This document shows, in pieces, positions 19,516-29,775 of a stretch of 64,000 bases of DNA. Position 1 is the stretch's first letter, and each line of letters starts with the position of its first letter. This DNA is from Gemmatimonadota bacterium. Lineage in GTDB: Bacteria; Gemmatimonadota; Gemmatimonadetes; Gemmatimonadales; GWC2-71-9. The notes below the pieces were generated by a model. That model was not told the origin of the DNA. It saw only the letters and a list, made by a program, of their open reading frames with translations, and ran no database searches. The position numbers and the translations under genes were made by a program. The stretch lies in contig JBDHDE010000006.1 in assembly GCA_039591655.1 (NCBI GenBank), positions 1 through 64,000 on the forward strand, given 5' to 3'.

Positions 19516-19545
19516 AAAGTAGACTGCCGGGACAGGCGCTGTCAA
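19516..19545 (-). promoter_or_regulatory. sigma70-type promoter of the M23 peptidase operon
   Basis: TTGACA-18 nt-TACTTT on the minus strand. Confidence 0.6.
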
Positions 19546-19616
19546 CCAGCGAAGCCGGACCTGTAACTCATTGCAACACTGATGGTTAGAAGCACCCCAC
19601 CGGGCGCGGCTCTGGC

Positions 19617-21140
19617 TCAGCCGTGCTGCTGCGGCTCCTTGGGAAAGAGAGGTGCTGGCTTGCTCGTGCGGCGGCCTGCGGTGGGCGGCTGCTCCAGGTC
19701 GCCCCACGTGGCTTGCGTCACACTCCCGGGGAGCCCCAGGGCCTGCCACACGGCCTGGGTCTTCTCCGGCATGAAGGGACTCGACATCAGAGTGATCCGC
19801 GCGACGCTGCGAGCGAGGGCGGAAAGCGTCTCCCCCAACTCGTCCGTCTTCTCCTGCTTGGCGAGGGTCCACGGAGCTCGCTCCTCTACGAACCCGTTGG
19901 CTCGGTCCACCAGCCGCCAGGTGTGCTCGGCCCCCTCGTGGAGCAGGTGCGCGTCCATGGCGCCGCGGTACGCCGCCACGCAGTCGTCGCCCGCCGCGTC
20001 GAGAGGCGTCGTGCCTCCGTGCTCGGGAACCACCCCGTCGGTGTAGCGGCCGATCATCGACATAACCCGGCTCACCAGGTTGCCGTATCCGTCGGCCAGC
20101 TCCGACGTGTACCGGGCATCGAACCGCTCCCACGTGAAGTTCCCGTCGGCGTTCCAGGGGATCTCCCGCAGCACGAAGTAGCGCAGGGCGTCCGGCCCGT
20201 GCCGGTCGACCAGATTGGGCAGGGTCACCGGCACCCCCGCCGACTTCGAGAATCGCGAGCCGCCGATGTTCACCCAACCATGGCACCAGACGTGCCTGGG
20301 AATCTCGACGCCCGCGGCCATGAGCATCGCGGGCCACATCGCCGCATGGAACCGCACGATGTCGGGGCCGATCACGTGGACGTCGGCGGGCCAGGTGGCC
20401 TGGTAGCCGTCCTCGGGGAACCCCGCTACCGAGAGGTAGTTGATCAGCGCCTCGAACCACACGTACACCACGTGGTCCGGGTCGTCGGGCCAGGGGATGC
20501 CCCACGGCACCCGGGCGCGGCTCACCGATATCTTCTGGTCGTCGGTCCAACCCTCGACGACGTTGTAGACCTCGTTGAACTTGGGTCGAGGCCGAATGAA
20601 CTCGGGGTTGGCTTCGTACAGGTCGAGCAGCTTCTGGCGGAACCGCCCGATCTCGAAGAAGTAGTTCGGTTCCTCGACCCACTTGATCTCACGGGTGGGG
20701 TGGGTCGGGCACTTCCCGTCCTCGAGGTCCTTCTCGGCCTTGAAGCCCTCGCACCCCACGCAGTAATAGCCGGCGTATACGCCCTCCGAGATGTACCCGC
20801 CGTCCTGGATGCGACGGAACAGTTCCTCCACCGCACGCTCGTGCCGCGGCTCCGTGGTCCGGATGAACACGTCGTGGCTGATGGAGAGCTCGTGCCACGC
20901 AGCCTGGAACTGGGCAGCGATGCTGTCCACCCAGGCCTGCGGCTCCTGCCCGGCTTCCTCGGCGGACTGGGCGACCTTCTGCCCGTGCTCGTCCATCCCG
21001 ATTGAGAAGTAGACCTCGTCGCCCCGCAGGCGCCGATACCGGGCTACGCAGTCGGCCCCGATCTTCTCGTAGGCGTGCCCCAGGTGTGGCTCGCCGTTGG
21101 AATAGTCGATGGCGGTGGTGATGTAGTACTTACTGGTCAC
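19617..21140 (-). CDS. metG: Methionyl-tRNA synthetase (no C-terminal tRNA-binding domain)
   Basis: YYITTAIDYSNGEPHLGH (HIGH), GMDEHGQK, zinc knuckle CVGC..CPTH, YVWFEAL, RFSKS (KMSKS). Confidence 0.95.
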   Translation of the reverse strand: MTSKYYITTAIDYSNGEPHLGHAYEKIGADCVARYRRLRGDEVYFSIGMDEHGQKVAQSAEEAGQEPQAWVDSIAAQFQAAWHELSISHDVFIRTTEPRHERAVEELFRRIQDGGYISEGVYAGYYCVGCEGFKAEKDLEDGKCPTHPTREIKWVEEPNYFFEIGRFRQKLLDLYEANPEFIRPRPKFNEVYNVVEGWTDDQKISVSRARVPWGIPWPDDPDHVVYVWFEALINYLSVAGFPEDGYQATWPADVHVIGPDIVRFHAAMWPAMLMAAGVEIPRHVWCHGWVNIGGSRFSKSAGVPVTLPNLVDRHGPDALRYFVLREIPWNADGNFTWERFDARYTSELADGYGNLVSRVMSMIGRYTDGVVPEHGGTTPLDAAGDDCVAAYRGAMDAHLLHEGAEHTWRLVDRANGFVEERAPWTLAKQEKTDELGETLSALARSVARITLMSSPFMPEKTQAVWQALGLPGSVTQATWGDLEQPPTAGRRTSKPAPLFPKEPQQHG

Positions 21141-22167
21141 GATCGTCCTTGGCACCCGGCTGGTCGTTGCCGCCACGCTTCCGGTTGCCCCGTCTGCCGC
21201 GCCGCCGCTTGCGGCGCTTGCGCGGCGTGACGGCCTCTACGGCGTCCTGGGTCGTCACCGTGGTGTCGCCCTCGGGCTGTGGGGTGGCCTCGGCGGCCGG
21301 CCGCTCGGGCGGGGTGGCCTGGGGCTCCGGGCTCGCCACCTCCTGCTTGAGCTGGTCCAGTGTCAGCGTACGCACCGAGGCATCCTCGGCCTTGAGCAGC
21401 ACGCGGTCCCGGAAGATGTCGACGGCCTCGACCGTCTCGGAGCCCACTGTGGTGCGCAGCGCGCGCCCCAGCTTGGGGAACCGCTTGCGTGCGCTGACGT
21501 AGAAATCGTGCTCGTAGCGCAAGCAGCACAGCAGCCGCCCGCAGCCGCCTGAGATCTGCGACGGGTTGAGAGAGAGCCGCTGGTCCTTGGCCAGGGAGAG
21601 GCTCACCGGCCGGAGCTCGGACAGCCACGACGAGCAGCAGTACTGCCGGCCGCAGCGCCCCACCCCATCGAGCCGCTTCGACTCGTCCCGAGCGCCGATC
21701 TGTCTGAGCTCGATCCTGGTCCGGAAGAGGCTCGCCAGGTCGCGGACCAGCGTCCGGAAGTCAACCCGCTTCTCAGCGGTGAAGTAGATCGTGAGCTTCT
21801 TGCGGTCCCACTGCCATTCGGCGTCGGAGACCTTCATGGTGAGTTCGTGCGCCTTCACCCGCTCCATCACCTTGCGGCGTACGTCCTCTTCGGCCTTGCG
21901 CAGCTCGCCGCCCAGGTGAGCGTCTTCCCCGGAGGCGGCCCGGACTATCCTGCCCGTGAGATCGTTCTGGGCGCCCAGCTCGCACCCGTCACACCCCACC
22001 CCGCACTTGCGCGCCGCGATCTCTCCCACGGCGGATACGTGACCCAGGTCCTGGCCCCGCTCGATCTGGACCACCACCGGGTCGCCGGGCGCGAGGGCGC
22101 TCCCGCTGTCCCACGTGAAGAAGGCCTTCCGGTTTCCCTTGAACCGGACCTCGACGACGTTGGGCAA
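21130..22167 (-). CDS. ricT: PSP1/RicT (YaaT) Fe-S regulatory protein
   Basis: YFTAEKRVDFRTLVRDLA..RIELRQIG.RDE, GRCGRQYCC, ISGGCGRLLCCLRYE. Confidence 0.9.
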   Translation of the reverse strand: MPNVVEVRFKGNRKAFFTWDSGSALAPGDPVVVQIERGQDLGHVSAVGEIAARKCGVGCDGCELGAQNDLTGRIVRAASGEDAHLGGELRKAEEDVRRKVMERVKAHELTMKVSDAEWQWDRKKLTIYFTAEKRVDFRTLVRDLASLFRTRIELRQIGARDESKRLDGVGRCGRQYCCSSWLSELRPVSLSLAKDQRLSLNPSQISGGCGRLLCCLRYEHDFYVSARKRFPKLGRALRTTVGSETVEAVDIFRDRVLLKAEDASVRTLTLDQLKQEVASPEPQATPPERPAAEATPQPEGDTTVTTQDAVEAVTPRKRRKRRRGRRGNRKRGGNDQPGAKDDRDQ

Positions 22168-22169
22168 CT

Positions 22170-23132
22170 CTATCCCTCGCCGAACCGGCCCATCTTGCGG
22201 TACTTCTCGGCCCGCAGCCGCACCCGCTCCTCCGGATCGAGCCGGATCAGCTCGTCCAGGTGGCTGTTGAGAGCGGTGGCCAGCCCGTCGGCGGCCCCAT
22301 CCGGGTCCGTGTGGGCTCCGCCGGGCGGCTCGGGGACGATCTCGTCGATCACGCCCAGTTCGAGGAGGTCTTTTGCGGTGAGCTTGAGTGCCTCGGCGGC
22401 CCGCTCCTTCTGTCCCGCGTCGTTCCACAGGATCGCGGCGCAGCCCTCCGGCGAGATTACCGAGTAGATCGCGTTCTCCAGCATTAGGATGCGGTCGGCC
22501 ACCCCGAGGGCGAGCGCCCCCCCCGAGCCGCCCTCGCCGATCACTGCGGCGACGAACGGGATCCGGAGGGCGGCCATCTCCTCCAGGTTGCGGGCGATCG
22601 CCTCTGCCTGCCCGCGCTCCTCGGCTCCCAGCCCCGGGTACGCGCCCGGGGTGTCGATCAGCGTGATCACGGGGGCGCCGAACCGCTCGGCCATGTGCAT
22701 CAGGCGCAGGGCCTTGCGGTACCCCTCCGGGTGGGGCATGCCGAAGTTCCGCTGCAGGTTCTCTTTCGTGTCGCGCCCCTTCTGGTGCCCAATGACCACC
22801 ACGGGCCCGCTCTCGAGCCGCGCCCAGCCCCCGATGATGGCAGGGTCGTCGCGGAACAGACGGTCCCCCTTGAGCTCGATGAAGTCGGTGAAGACGCGGC
22901 GGATGTAGTCCAGCGTGTAGGGCCGCTTGGGGTGACGCGCCACCTGCACCCGCTGCAGCGGTGTCAGGTCTCGATAGATCTCGCGCCGCAGCTGGATGAG
23001 CTTCGCCTCCAGCGGCTCGATCTCCCCCTGCACGTCGAGCTGACGGTCGTCAGCCATGCGCTTGAGGTGCTCGATCTGCCGCTCCAGCTCCATGATCGGC
23101 TTTTCGAACTCGAGATTGAAGCCGTGTGCCAC
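22170..23132 (-). CDS. accA: Acetyl-CoA carboxylase carboxyltransferase alpha
   Basis: [40 protein letters not shown]. Confidence 0.97.
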   Translation of the reverse strand: MAHGFNLEFEKPIMELERQIEHLKRMADDRQLDVQGEIEPLEAKLIQLRREIYRDLTPLQRVQVARHPKRPYTLDYIRRVFTDFIELKGDRLFRDDPAIIGGWARLESGPVVVIGHQKGRDTKENLQRNFGMPHPEGYRKALRLMHMAERFGAPVITLIDTPGAYPGLGAEERGQAEAIARNLEEMAALRIPFVAAVIGEGGSGGALALGVADRILMLENAIYSVISPEGCAAILWNDAGQKERAAEALKLTAKDLLELGVIDEIVPEPPGGAHTDPDGAADGLATALNSHLDELIRLDPEERVRLRAEKYRKMGRFGEG

Positions 23133-23141
23133 TGTATCTCC

Positions 23142-26100
23142 CTAGCGTGCCTTGACCAGACGTACCCGCTCGTTCCCCACTAGCTCACGTAGAGCGTGCA
23201 GGAAATCCTCGTCCAGCGCTACCCCTGTGCGGCGCGCCTTCAAGTGCGCGGTCACACCGTTGCCGTCACTCCAGTCGACGAACAGTGGAGCGGGTCCCGG
23301 ATGCGCCGCGCACAGTGCCTTGAGCGCCCGGGCCGCGTCGCGGTCGGGTCCCCCGCCCGCCCGCCACTCCAGGGCCACCCCCATGGCGCCGGAGTCGCGA
23401 AGCTGTTCCAGCGCCTGCGCATCCTCCACGATGAACGGCGCGCGGTCTTCCCCCCGGTCCCGGGTGCTGTAGCCGCCGGTCAGGAGCAGGGCGGCATCAG
23501 GGACGATCACCTCCGACAGGCGAACCCAGGTATCCGGGAACACCAGCGCCTCGGCGGTGCCGTGGAAGTCCTCCAGCGTGAGCCGGGCGTATTCCGCCCC
23601 CGACTTCTTGCTGATCCGTCGCTTGACGGTGGTCACCACGACGGCGGCGCTCACCCGGTGCTCGCTCCACGCCCCCAGGGTAGCGGTGGTGCGGGTGCCG
23701 AACAGCTGGGCCTCATCGCGGAAGCGCTCCAGGGGATGGCCGGATATGAAGAATCCGACCACCTCCTTCTCCTTGGCAAGCCGCTCGGCCTCGGTCCATG
23801 GCTCCACGTCGGGCAGGGCGGGTGGGGCGGTGGCCGCGTCCTCCGCTTGGGCCTCACCGAACAGCGACGCCTGCCCCGAGGCCCGCTCCGTCTGGCGCAG
23901 CTGGGCCTCCTGCAACGCCCGATCCAGCCCCGTGATGAGCTGGGCCCGATGCCCACCGAGTTGGTCTGCTGCACCCGCCGCCACGAGCGACTCGATCACC
24001 CGCTTGTTGCACAGCCGCAGGTCCACCCCCTCGCAGAAGTCGGTGAGTGACGAGTACTGCTCCGTCTCCCGGCCGGCGATGATGGACTCGATGGCGCCGC
24101 GGCCCACGTTGCGCACGGCGCCCAGCCCGAAGCGGATCTGGTCGTCACCGATCACGGTGAATTTCCACCCGGACTCGTTCACCGACGGCGGCAGGACCTC
24201 GAGTCCCATCTCCCGGGCCTCGTTGATGTAGGCCACCACCTTGTCGGTGTCGCCGATCTCCGAGGAGAGCAACGCCGCCATGAACTCCGCGGGGTAGTGC
24301 GCCTTGAGCCACGCCGTGTGGAACGAGATGATGCTATAGGCGACCGAGTGGGACTTGTTGAAACCGTACCGCCCGAACGTCTGGATCTGACCTGCGATGT
24401 CCTCCACCAGGTGCCGCGTGTAGCCCCGGTCCACGGCCCGCTCCACGAACCGGTCGAGCTCCTGCTCGATGAGTTCCTGGATCTTCTTGCCCACGGCCTT
24501 GCGGAGCACGTCGGCTTCGGCGAGCGAGTAGCCCGCCAGCACGTTCGCGATCCGCATCAGCTGCTCCTGGTAAATGATCACGCCGTAGGTGGGCTCCAGC
24601 ACGTCCTTCAGGTCGGCGTGCGGGTAGCGCACCTCCTCCTCGCCGCGCTTGCGCCGCACATAGACCTGGTGCATCCCCGAGTCCAGGGGTCCGGGGCGCA
24701 CCAGGGCGTTGGTCGCCACCAGATCGTCGAACCTGTCCACCCGCATCTGGTGGAGCATCTCGGTGGCCAGGGGCGACTCGAACTGGAACACGCCGGCCGT
24801 GCGGCCGTCCCGGAGCATGGCGTACACAGCGGTGTCGTCGAGGTCGACGTCGTCGAGATCGAGCTTCACCCCGTGGCGTTCCTCGATCATCGCGACGGCG
24901 TCATGGATCACCGTGAGCGTCTTGAGGCCCAGGAAATCCATCTTGAGCATCCCCACCTTCTCGAGGGCGATCATGTCGTACTGCGTGATGATCGCGTCCT
25001 CGCCGCCGCCGTTCCCGGCGTTGCGCTGCTGCGGCGGGGTGCACACGGGCACGTACTCGTCCAGCGGGCCCGGAGCGATCACGATCCCTGCAGCGTGGAC
25101 CGAGGCGTGACGGGCCAGCCCCTCGATACGCTGGGCCAGGTCGGCCAGCCGTTCGATGGTGGCGTCCTCCCGCACCAGGTGGGTGAGCTCGGGGACCCGC
25201 TTCACTGCGTCGGCCACCGAGAGCTGGTATCCCGGTCCCGACGGGATCAGCTTGGCGATGCGGTCGGCGTCGGCTGGGCTCACCCGGAGCACGCGAGCGA
25301 TGTCCCGCACCGCGGCCCGCGCCTTGAGGGTCCCGAACGTGATGATCTGCCCGACGCTGGCGCGGCCGTAGCGCTGCCTGACGTAGTCGATGACCTCGCC
25401 CCGGCGCTCGAAGCAGAAGTCAACGTCGATGTCCGGCATCGAGATCCGCTCGGGGTTGAGGAACCGTTCGAACAGCAGGTCGAACCGCAGCGGATCGACG
25501 TTGGTGATGCCCAACCCGTATGCCACCAGGGAGCCGGCGGCGGACCCCCGGCCGGGGCCCACCGGGATCCCCCGCTCCACGGCGGCCTGTATGAAGTCGT
25601 GGACGATCAGGAAGTAGCTGGCGTAGCCGCACTTCGTGATGACGCCGAGCTCGTAGCTCAGGCGCTCCTCCACCTGCTCCGGCAGCGGGTCGCCATAGCG
25701 GTGCTTGGCCCCGGCTGTGGCGAGCTCCACCAGCAGGTCATCGTCCGAGGCGAAGCCGTCCGGCAGCGGGAACTCCGGCAGGAAGTAACGCTGCTCGAAG
25801 TCGAACTCGCACAGGTTGGCCACCCGGGCGGTGTTCTCCAGCAGGTCCGGGCGCCCCGGGAACAGCTCGGCCATCTCGGCCTCGGACTTGACGTAGCTCT
25901 CCTGGCCGTAGAATCGGAACCGGTTGGGATCGTCCAGGTCCTTGCCGGTCCCGATGGCCAGGAGGCAGTCGTGTGCCTCGTGATCGGCGCGCTCCAGGTA
26001 GTGCGCGTCGTTGGTGGCCAAGATGGGGAGTCCCAACTCGTCGGCCAGGCGGAACATCCCCTCCTGTACCACCTTTTCTTCGGGGATCCCGTGATCCTGC

Positions 26101-26627
26101 ACCTCGAGCCAGAAGCCGTCGGGTCCGAGGAGCCGGGCAAACCACTCCGCCGACTTCCGGGCCTCCTCGTAGCTGCCCTGCCGCAGCCACAGGGAGATCT
26201 CCCCCGAGAGGCACGCGGCCAGCCCCACCAGCCCCTCCTTGTGCTGCTCCAGCACCTCCCGGTCGATGCGGGGCCGGCGATAGTAGCCCTCCAGGTACCC
26301 GATGGACGACAGCTTGATGAGGTTGCGGTATCCGGTCTTGTTCCGCGCCAGCAGCACCAGGTGCGAGTACTGGGCCGGTGCTCCCTGGGGCTTCTCCCGC
26401 GCCCGGCGCGGCCCGAAGGCCACATAGGCCTCGCACCCCAGGATGGGGCGGACGCCGGCGGCCTTGGCATGCTCGTAGAACGACCATGCGGCGTGCAGGT
26501 TGCCGTGGTCCGTGATGGCGAGGCTGTCCATCCCCAGCTCGGAAACTTTCGCCACGAGATCGGGTATCCGATTCGCGCCGTCCAACAGGGAGTACTCCGA
26601 GTGGGTGTGGAGGTGGACGAAGGCCAT
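23142..26627 (-). CDS. dnaE: DNA polymerase III alpha subunit
   Basis: HLHTHSEYSLLDG PHP domain, GPGRGSAAGS, ERFLNPERISMPDIDVDF, YGFNKSH. No intein apparent. Confidence 0.98.
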   Translation of the reverse strand: MAFVHLHTHSEYSLLDGANRIPDLVAKVSELGMDSLAITDHGNLHAAWSFYEHAKAAGVRPILGCEAYVAFGPRRAREKPQGAPAQYSHLVLLARNKTGYRNLIKLSSIGYLEGYYRRPRIDREVLEQHKEGLVGLAACLSGEISLWLRQGSYEEARKSAEWFARLLGPDGFWLEVQDHGIPEEKVVQEGMFRLADELGLPILATNDAHYLERADHEAHDCLLAIGTGKDLDDPNRFRFYGQESYVKSEAEMAELFPGRPDLLENTARVANLCEFDFEQRYFLPEFPLPDGFASDDDLLVELATAGAKHRYGDPLPEQVEERLSYELGVITKCGYASYFLIVHDFIQAAVERGIPVGPGRGSAAGSLVAYGLGITNVDPLRFDLLFERFLNPERISMPDIDVDFCFERRGEVIDYVRQRYGRASVGQIITFGTLKARAAVRDIARVLRVSPADADRIAKLIPSGPGYQLSVADAVKRVPELTHLVREDATIERLADLAQRIEGLARHASVHAAGIVIAPGPLDEYVPVCTPPQQRNAGNGGGEDAIITQYDMIALEKVGMLKMDFLGLKTLTVIHDAVAMIEERHGVKLDLDDVDLDDTAVYAMLRDGRTAGVFQFESPLATEMLHQMRVDRFDDLVATNALVRPGPLDSGMHQVYVRRKRGEEEVRYPHADLKDVLEPTYGVIIYQEQLMRIANVLAGYSLAEADVLRKAVGKKIQELIEQELDRFVERAVDRGYTRHLVEDIAGQIQTFGRYGFNKSHSVAYSIISFHTAWLKAHYPAEFMAALLSSEIGDTDKVVAYINEAREMGLEVLPPSVNESGWKFTVIGDDQIRFGLGAVRNVGRGAIESIIAGRETEQYSSLTDFCEGVDLRLCNKRVIESLVAAGAADQLGGHRAQLITGLDRALQEAQLRQTERASGQASLFGEAQAEDAATAPPALPDVEPWTEAERLAKEKEVVGFFISGHPLERFRDEAQLFGTRTTATLGAWSEHRVSAAVVVTTVKRRISKKSGAEYARLTLEDFHGTAEALVFPDTWVRLSEVIVPDAALLLTGGYSTRDRGEDRAPFIVEDAQALEQLRDSGAMGVALEWRAGGGPDRDAARALKALCAAHPGPAPLFVDWSDGNGVTAHLKARRTGVALDEDFLHALRELVGNERVRLVKAR

Positions 26628-26635
26628 AGCAATGG

Positions 26636-26664
26636 AGCTTATTCAGCCGCTCGTGCGTTGTCAA
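26636..26664 (-). promoter_or_regulatory. sigma70-type promoter of dnaE (probably leaderless transcript)
   Basis: TTGACA-17 nt-TAAGCT; only 8 nt separate the -10 box from the ATG. Confidence 0.7.
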
Positions 26665-26705
26665 AACTCCGCCTGCCTGCGTATGTTGCGCCGGTACCGG
26701 GGGTT

Positions 26706-28862
26706 ATGAAACTGAACAAATTGCGGCTTCCTCTCGGGTGGATCGTGGCGATCCTCCTCGTTCTCGGGGCCTGCGGTGGCGACTCTGTGGATCTCCCCGT
26801 GGCCTCCCGGCTTGCCGTCGTGGCCGCCACGGATGGCCAAACCGCGTTCGTCGGCGCGCGCCTGCCGCAGCCACTGGCCGTCACGGCCAGCGCCAGCGAC
26901 GGGACTCTCGTGCCGCGGGCCGAGGTGCGGTGGACCGTCATCGCCGGGGACGGCGCGAGCCTGTCCGACTCCGTCACCCAGGCCGACGGGAATGGGGAGG
27001 CCGCAGTGTGGCTCACGCTGGGTCCCGGGACCGGCAGCTATACCGCTAGGGCCCAGCTGGTGAACTCCCCGACCGTGTCCGTCACGTTCTCGGCGTCGGC
27101 CGTGGCGGCGCCGCAGCTCACTACCCTCGCACCGGGGAGCTTTACCGGGGGCGATACCGTGACCCTCCGGGGTGTCGGGCTCGCCGATACCCTGCTGGTG
27201 GAGATCGGCAGTGAGCTCTCCCGCATAGTGGCGGCCGGCGTGGGCGGCGACTCCCTGGATGTCGTGGCGCCGCATTGCCTGCTCCCCGGGACGGTGCAGG
27301 TGACGCTGGCGTACAACGGAGCGCGCCTCGACTCCTTGAACGGCACCTACCAGGCGTCTTCGCCGCCCCTCGTGCTGGAGGCCGGCGACTATGTCTCGCT
27401 CGATCCCTCGATCCTGAACGGCTGCGCCACCTTCCCCTCCGCCGGAGCGGGTGGGGCCGAATACCTCTTGGCGCCGCAGTCGGCCACCTCGCTCCCGGGG
27501 CTCCTCACCGACTATCGCCTGCGGGGAGATCCGGCGGTCCCCGTAGTGGCGCAGACTCCTCCAGCCGTGGGTGAGCTGCCGTTCGCGGTGCGCTTCCACG
27601 ACTTCCTGCGGGAGCGGGAACGGGAGATCGCCCGGGTACCCAAGCCGTTCCGGGCTCCCGAGCCGCTGGGGCCGGAGCTCACCCTGGGGATCGAGCTGGG
27701 TGACCGGCGGGACTTCCAGGTCTGCGGGGCCCTGCCGTGCGATGTGGACGATTTCGTCACCGTCCTAGCGGAGGTCCGCTTCGTGGGTGAGCGAGCCGTC
27801 GTTTACGAGGATCGCGACGCGCCCCTGGGCGGGCTGACCGACGAGGACCTCCTGGAATTCGGACAACAGTTCGAAGACGATCTCTATCCGGTGGCTGCCC
27901 GGGCCTTCGGTGCCGAATCGGACGTCGATCGCAACGGCCGCGTGTTGATACTCATGACGCCCGTGGTCAACGGCCTCACGCCCGCACAGCAGTGCGGCCA
28001 GTCCGTCATCACGGGGTTCTTCTTCGCCATCGACGTCGATCCGGCGTTCGAGGACGACTCTCGCTCGAATCAGGCGGAGGTGTTCTACTCACTCACCGCC
28101 GATCCCGATGGACAGGAAGGCTGCCCCCTCAGCACTGATCAAGTGCGCCGCCTCGTGCCCATCACGTTCGTGCACGAGTTGCAGCACATGATCAGCTACA
28201 ACCAGCACGTGCTGGTGCGGGGTGGTGACACGGAGGACCTGTGGCTCAACGAGGGCCTGTCCCACCTGTCCGAGGATCTGTCCGCGCTGCACTTCTTCGC
28301 CATCGGGGACGACGCCCTGGGATCGCAGTTCTCCCTCGGCAACATGTTCAACTCCTTCAGCTTCCTGAAGGCGACGGGCTCCAACTTCGTGTTGTTCGCG
28401 GAGGGCACGGGCACGCGATGGATGACGGATCAGTTCGGCGATGATGTGTCGCGCCGCCTGGTGGAGACGAGCCGCACGGGCGCCGCCAACCTGGAGGCCG
28501 CCGCCGGCGAGCCGCTATCCCGGCTCCTGGCCGAGTGGTTCCTCGCCAACTACGTCTCAGACCTCCCCGGCCTGACGACTGCATCCAGGCTCGGGTACCA
28601 TACCTGGGACTTCCGGAGTCTTTACGAGTCTCTCCACGGGCAGCTGCCTGGGGACTTCGACCGGCCGTTCCCCATCGTGCCGCCGCAGTTCCCGGGGGGG
28701 ACCTTCAACGTCACCGGCGAGATACGCTCGGGCTCGGGAGACTACTACCTGGTGGTGCAGACGGCAGGGGCGCAGGGATTCACCGTGGAGCTCACCAACT
28801 TCTCGGGCGGCGGCCTCCCTGCCACGATGGTCCCGCGGCTCAACGTGATCCGCATCCGGTAA
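26706..28862 (+). CDS. Lipoprotein with Ig-like domains and a zincin metallopeptidase domain (M30/hyicolysin-like)
   Basis: Lipobox VLGAC; Big_1/IPT-like segments; HELQH and WLNEGLSH zinc motifs. Real start is ATG 26706; the upstream part of the track ORF is antisense to dnaE. Confidence 0.8.
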   Translation: MKLNKLRLPLGWIVAILLVLGACGGDSVDLPVASRLAVVAATDGQTAFVGARLPQPLAVTASASDGTLVPRAEVRWTVIAGDGASLSDSVTQADGNGEAAVWLTLGPGTGSYTARAQLVNSPTVSVTFSASAVAAPQLTTLAPGSFTGGDTVTLRGVGLADTLLVEIGSELSRIVAAGVGGDSLDVVAPHCLLPGTVQVTLAYNGARLDSLNGTYQASSPPLVLEAGDYVSLDPSILNGCATFPSAGAGGAEYLLAPQSATSLPGLLTDYRLRGDPAVPVVAQTPPAVGELPFAVRFHDFLREREREIARVPKPFRAPEPLGPELTLGIELGDRRDFQVCGALPCDVDDFVTVLAEVRFVGERAVVYEDRDAPLGGLTDEDLLEFGQQFEDDLYPVAARAFGAESDVDRNGRVLILMTPVVNGLTPAQQCGQSVITGFFFAIDVDPAFEDDSRSNQAEVFYSLTADPDGQEGCPLSTDQVRRLVPITFVHELQHMISYNQHVLVRGGDTEDLWLNEGLSHLSEDLSALHFFAIGDDALGSQFSLGNMFNSFSFLKATGSNFVLFAEGTGTRWMTDQFGDDVSRRLVETSRTGAANLEAAAGEPLSRLLAEWFLANYVSDLPGLTTASRLGYHTWDFRSLYESLHGQLPGDFDRPFPIVPPQFPGGTFNVTGEIRSGSGDYYLVVQTAGAQGFTVELTNFSGGGLPATMVPRLNVIRIR

Positions 28863-28866
28863 GGGC

Positions 28867-29775
28867 GTGAGCGGCCGCCTCGCCCTCGCCTTCGTGTCTG
28901 CGGCCGGCCTCGCCGCTCCGCTCTCCGCCCAGACCCAGGACACCGTCTACTTAGTACAGCTGCCGGCCTCCGTGCGCACGCTGGGCCTGGGCGGGGCGGG
29001 TGTAGCGGTAATGGGCGACGCCGGGGCGGTGTTCACCAACCCCGTAGGCCTCGCCACCCTGAGCCACCTCGGTCTCGAGGCCTCCTACCGCACGGCGCCG
29101 GCGGACGCCTTCCTGCTTTCCGGCGCCCTGGGGTGGCGCCTGGGACAGTTCGATCTCGGTGTGGGGGGACGCCTGTTCGACTTCGGCTCGGACCCCGCTG
29201 CCTATCTCGGAGGAGCCATCCCCTCGGGGACCGACGCGCAGGAGGCGCTGGGGGTGGCCTCGCTGGTCTACCGGTTCGGCATGATCGCGCTGGGTGTGAG
29301 CGGCAAATACACCCGGCGGGGTGTGGGCGGTGTGCGCACCACCGGTGTGAGTGGAGACGCCGGCTTCGCCATAGCGTTCTTTGACATCATGGCCATCGCG
29401 TTCGCCGTGCAGAATATCAGCGGGAACTGGCGGGATACCTCGTCGCTCGTGATGCCCCGACTCACCCGCTTCGGGTTTACGATGAACTACGTGGACCCAC
29501 AGGAGTCGTTCCGCCTGATGTCGAGCTTCGAGATCCAATGGCGCGAGGGGCACAAGGCCCGCGGTGTGATCGGGGGCGAGGCCGGCGTGGTGCTCAGCGG
29601 GATCGGGATCATCGGCCGGGCGGGATTCAGCGGGCGGCCCGACGTGCTGTCGCAGTCGCAGCTCACCGTGGGAGGGACGGTGGTGTTCGCGGCCCTGCAG
29701 CTGGACTACGCCCTCCGGGAGAGCGACCTGTTGGGGGAGCGCGCTCACTACTTCGGAGCGCGGTTCACACTATGA
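28867..29775 (+). CDS. PorV/PorQ (UPF0164/FadL-like) family outer-membrane protein
   Basis: Signal peptide; SVRTLGLGGAGVAVMGDAGAVFTNPVGLA N-terminal motif; beta-barrel pattern. Confidence 0.7.
   Translation: MSGRLALAFVSAAGLAAPLSAQTQDTVYLVQLPASVRTLGLGGAGVAVMGDAGAVFTNPVGLATLSHLGLEASYRTAPADAFLLSGALGWRLGQFDLGVGGRLFDFGSDPAAYLGGAIPSGTDAQEALGVASLVYRFGMIALGVSGKYTRRGVGGVRTTGVSGDAGFAIAFFDIMAIAFAVQNISGNWRDTSSLVMPRLTRFGFTMNYVDPQESFRLMSSFEIQWREGHKARGVIGGEAGVVLSGIGIIGRAGFSGRPDVLSQSQLTVGGTVVFAALQLDYALRESDLLGERAHYFGARFTL

Noticed and set aside
24297..26705. N-terminal ~800 aa of the 1521-aa plus-strand ORF
   Set aside because: It is the antisense shadow of dnaE. The real protein starts at ATG 26706 with a lipoprotein signal.
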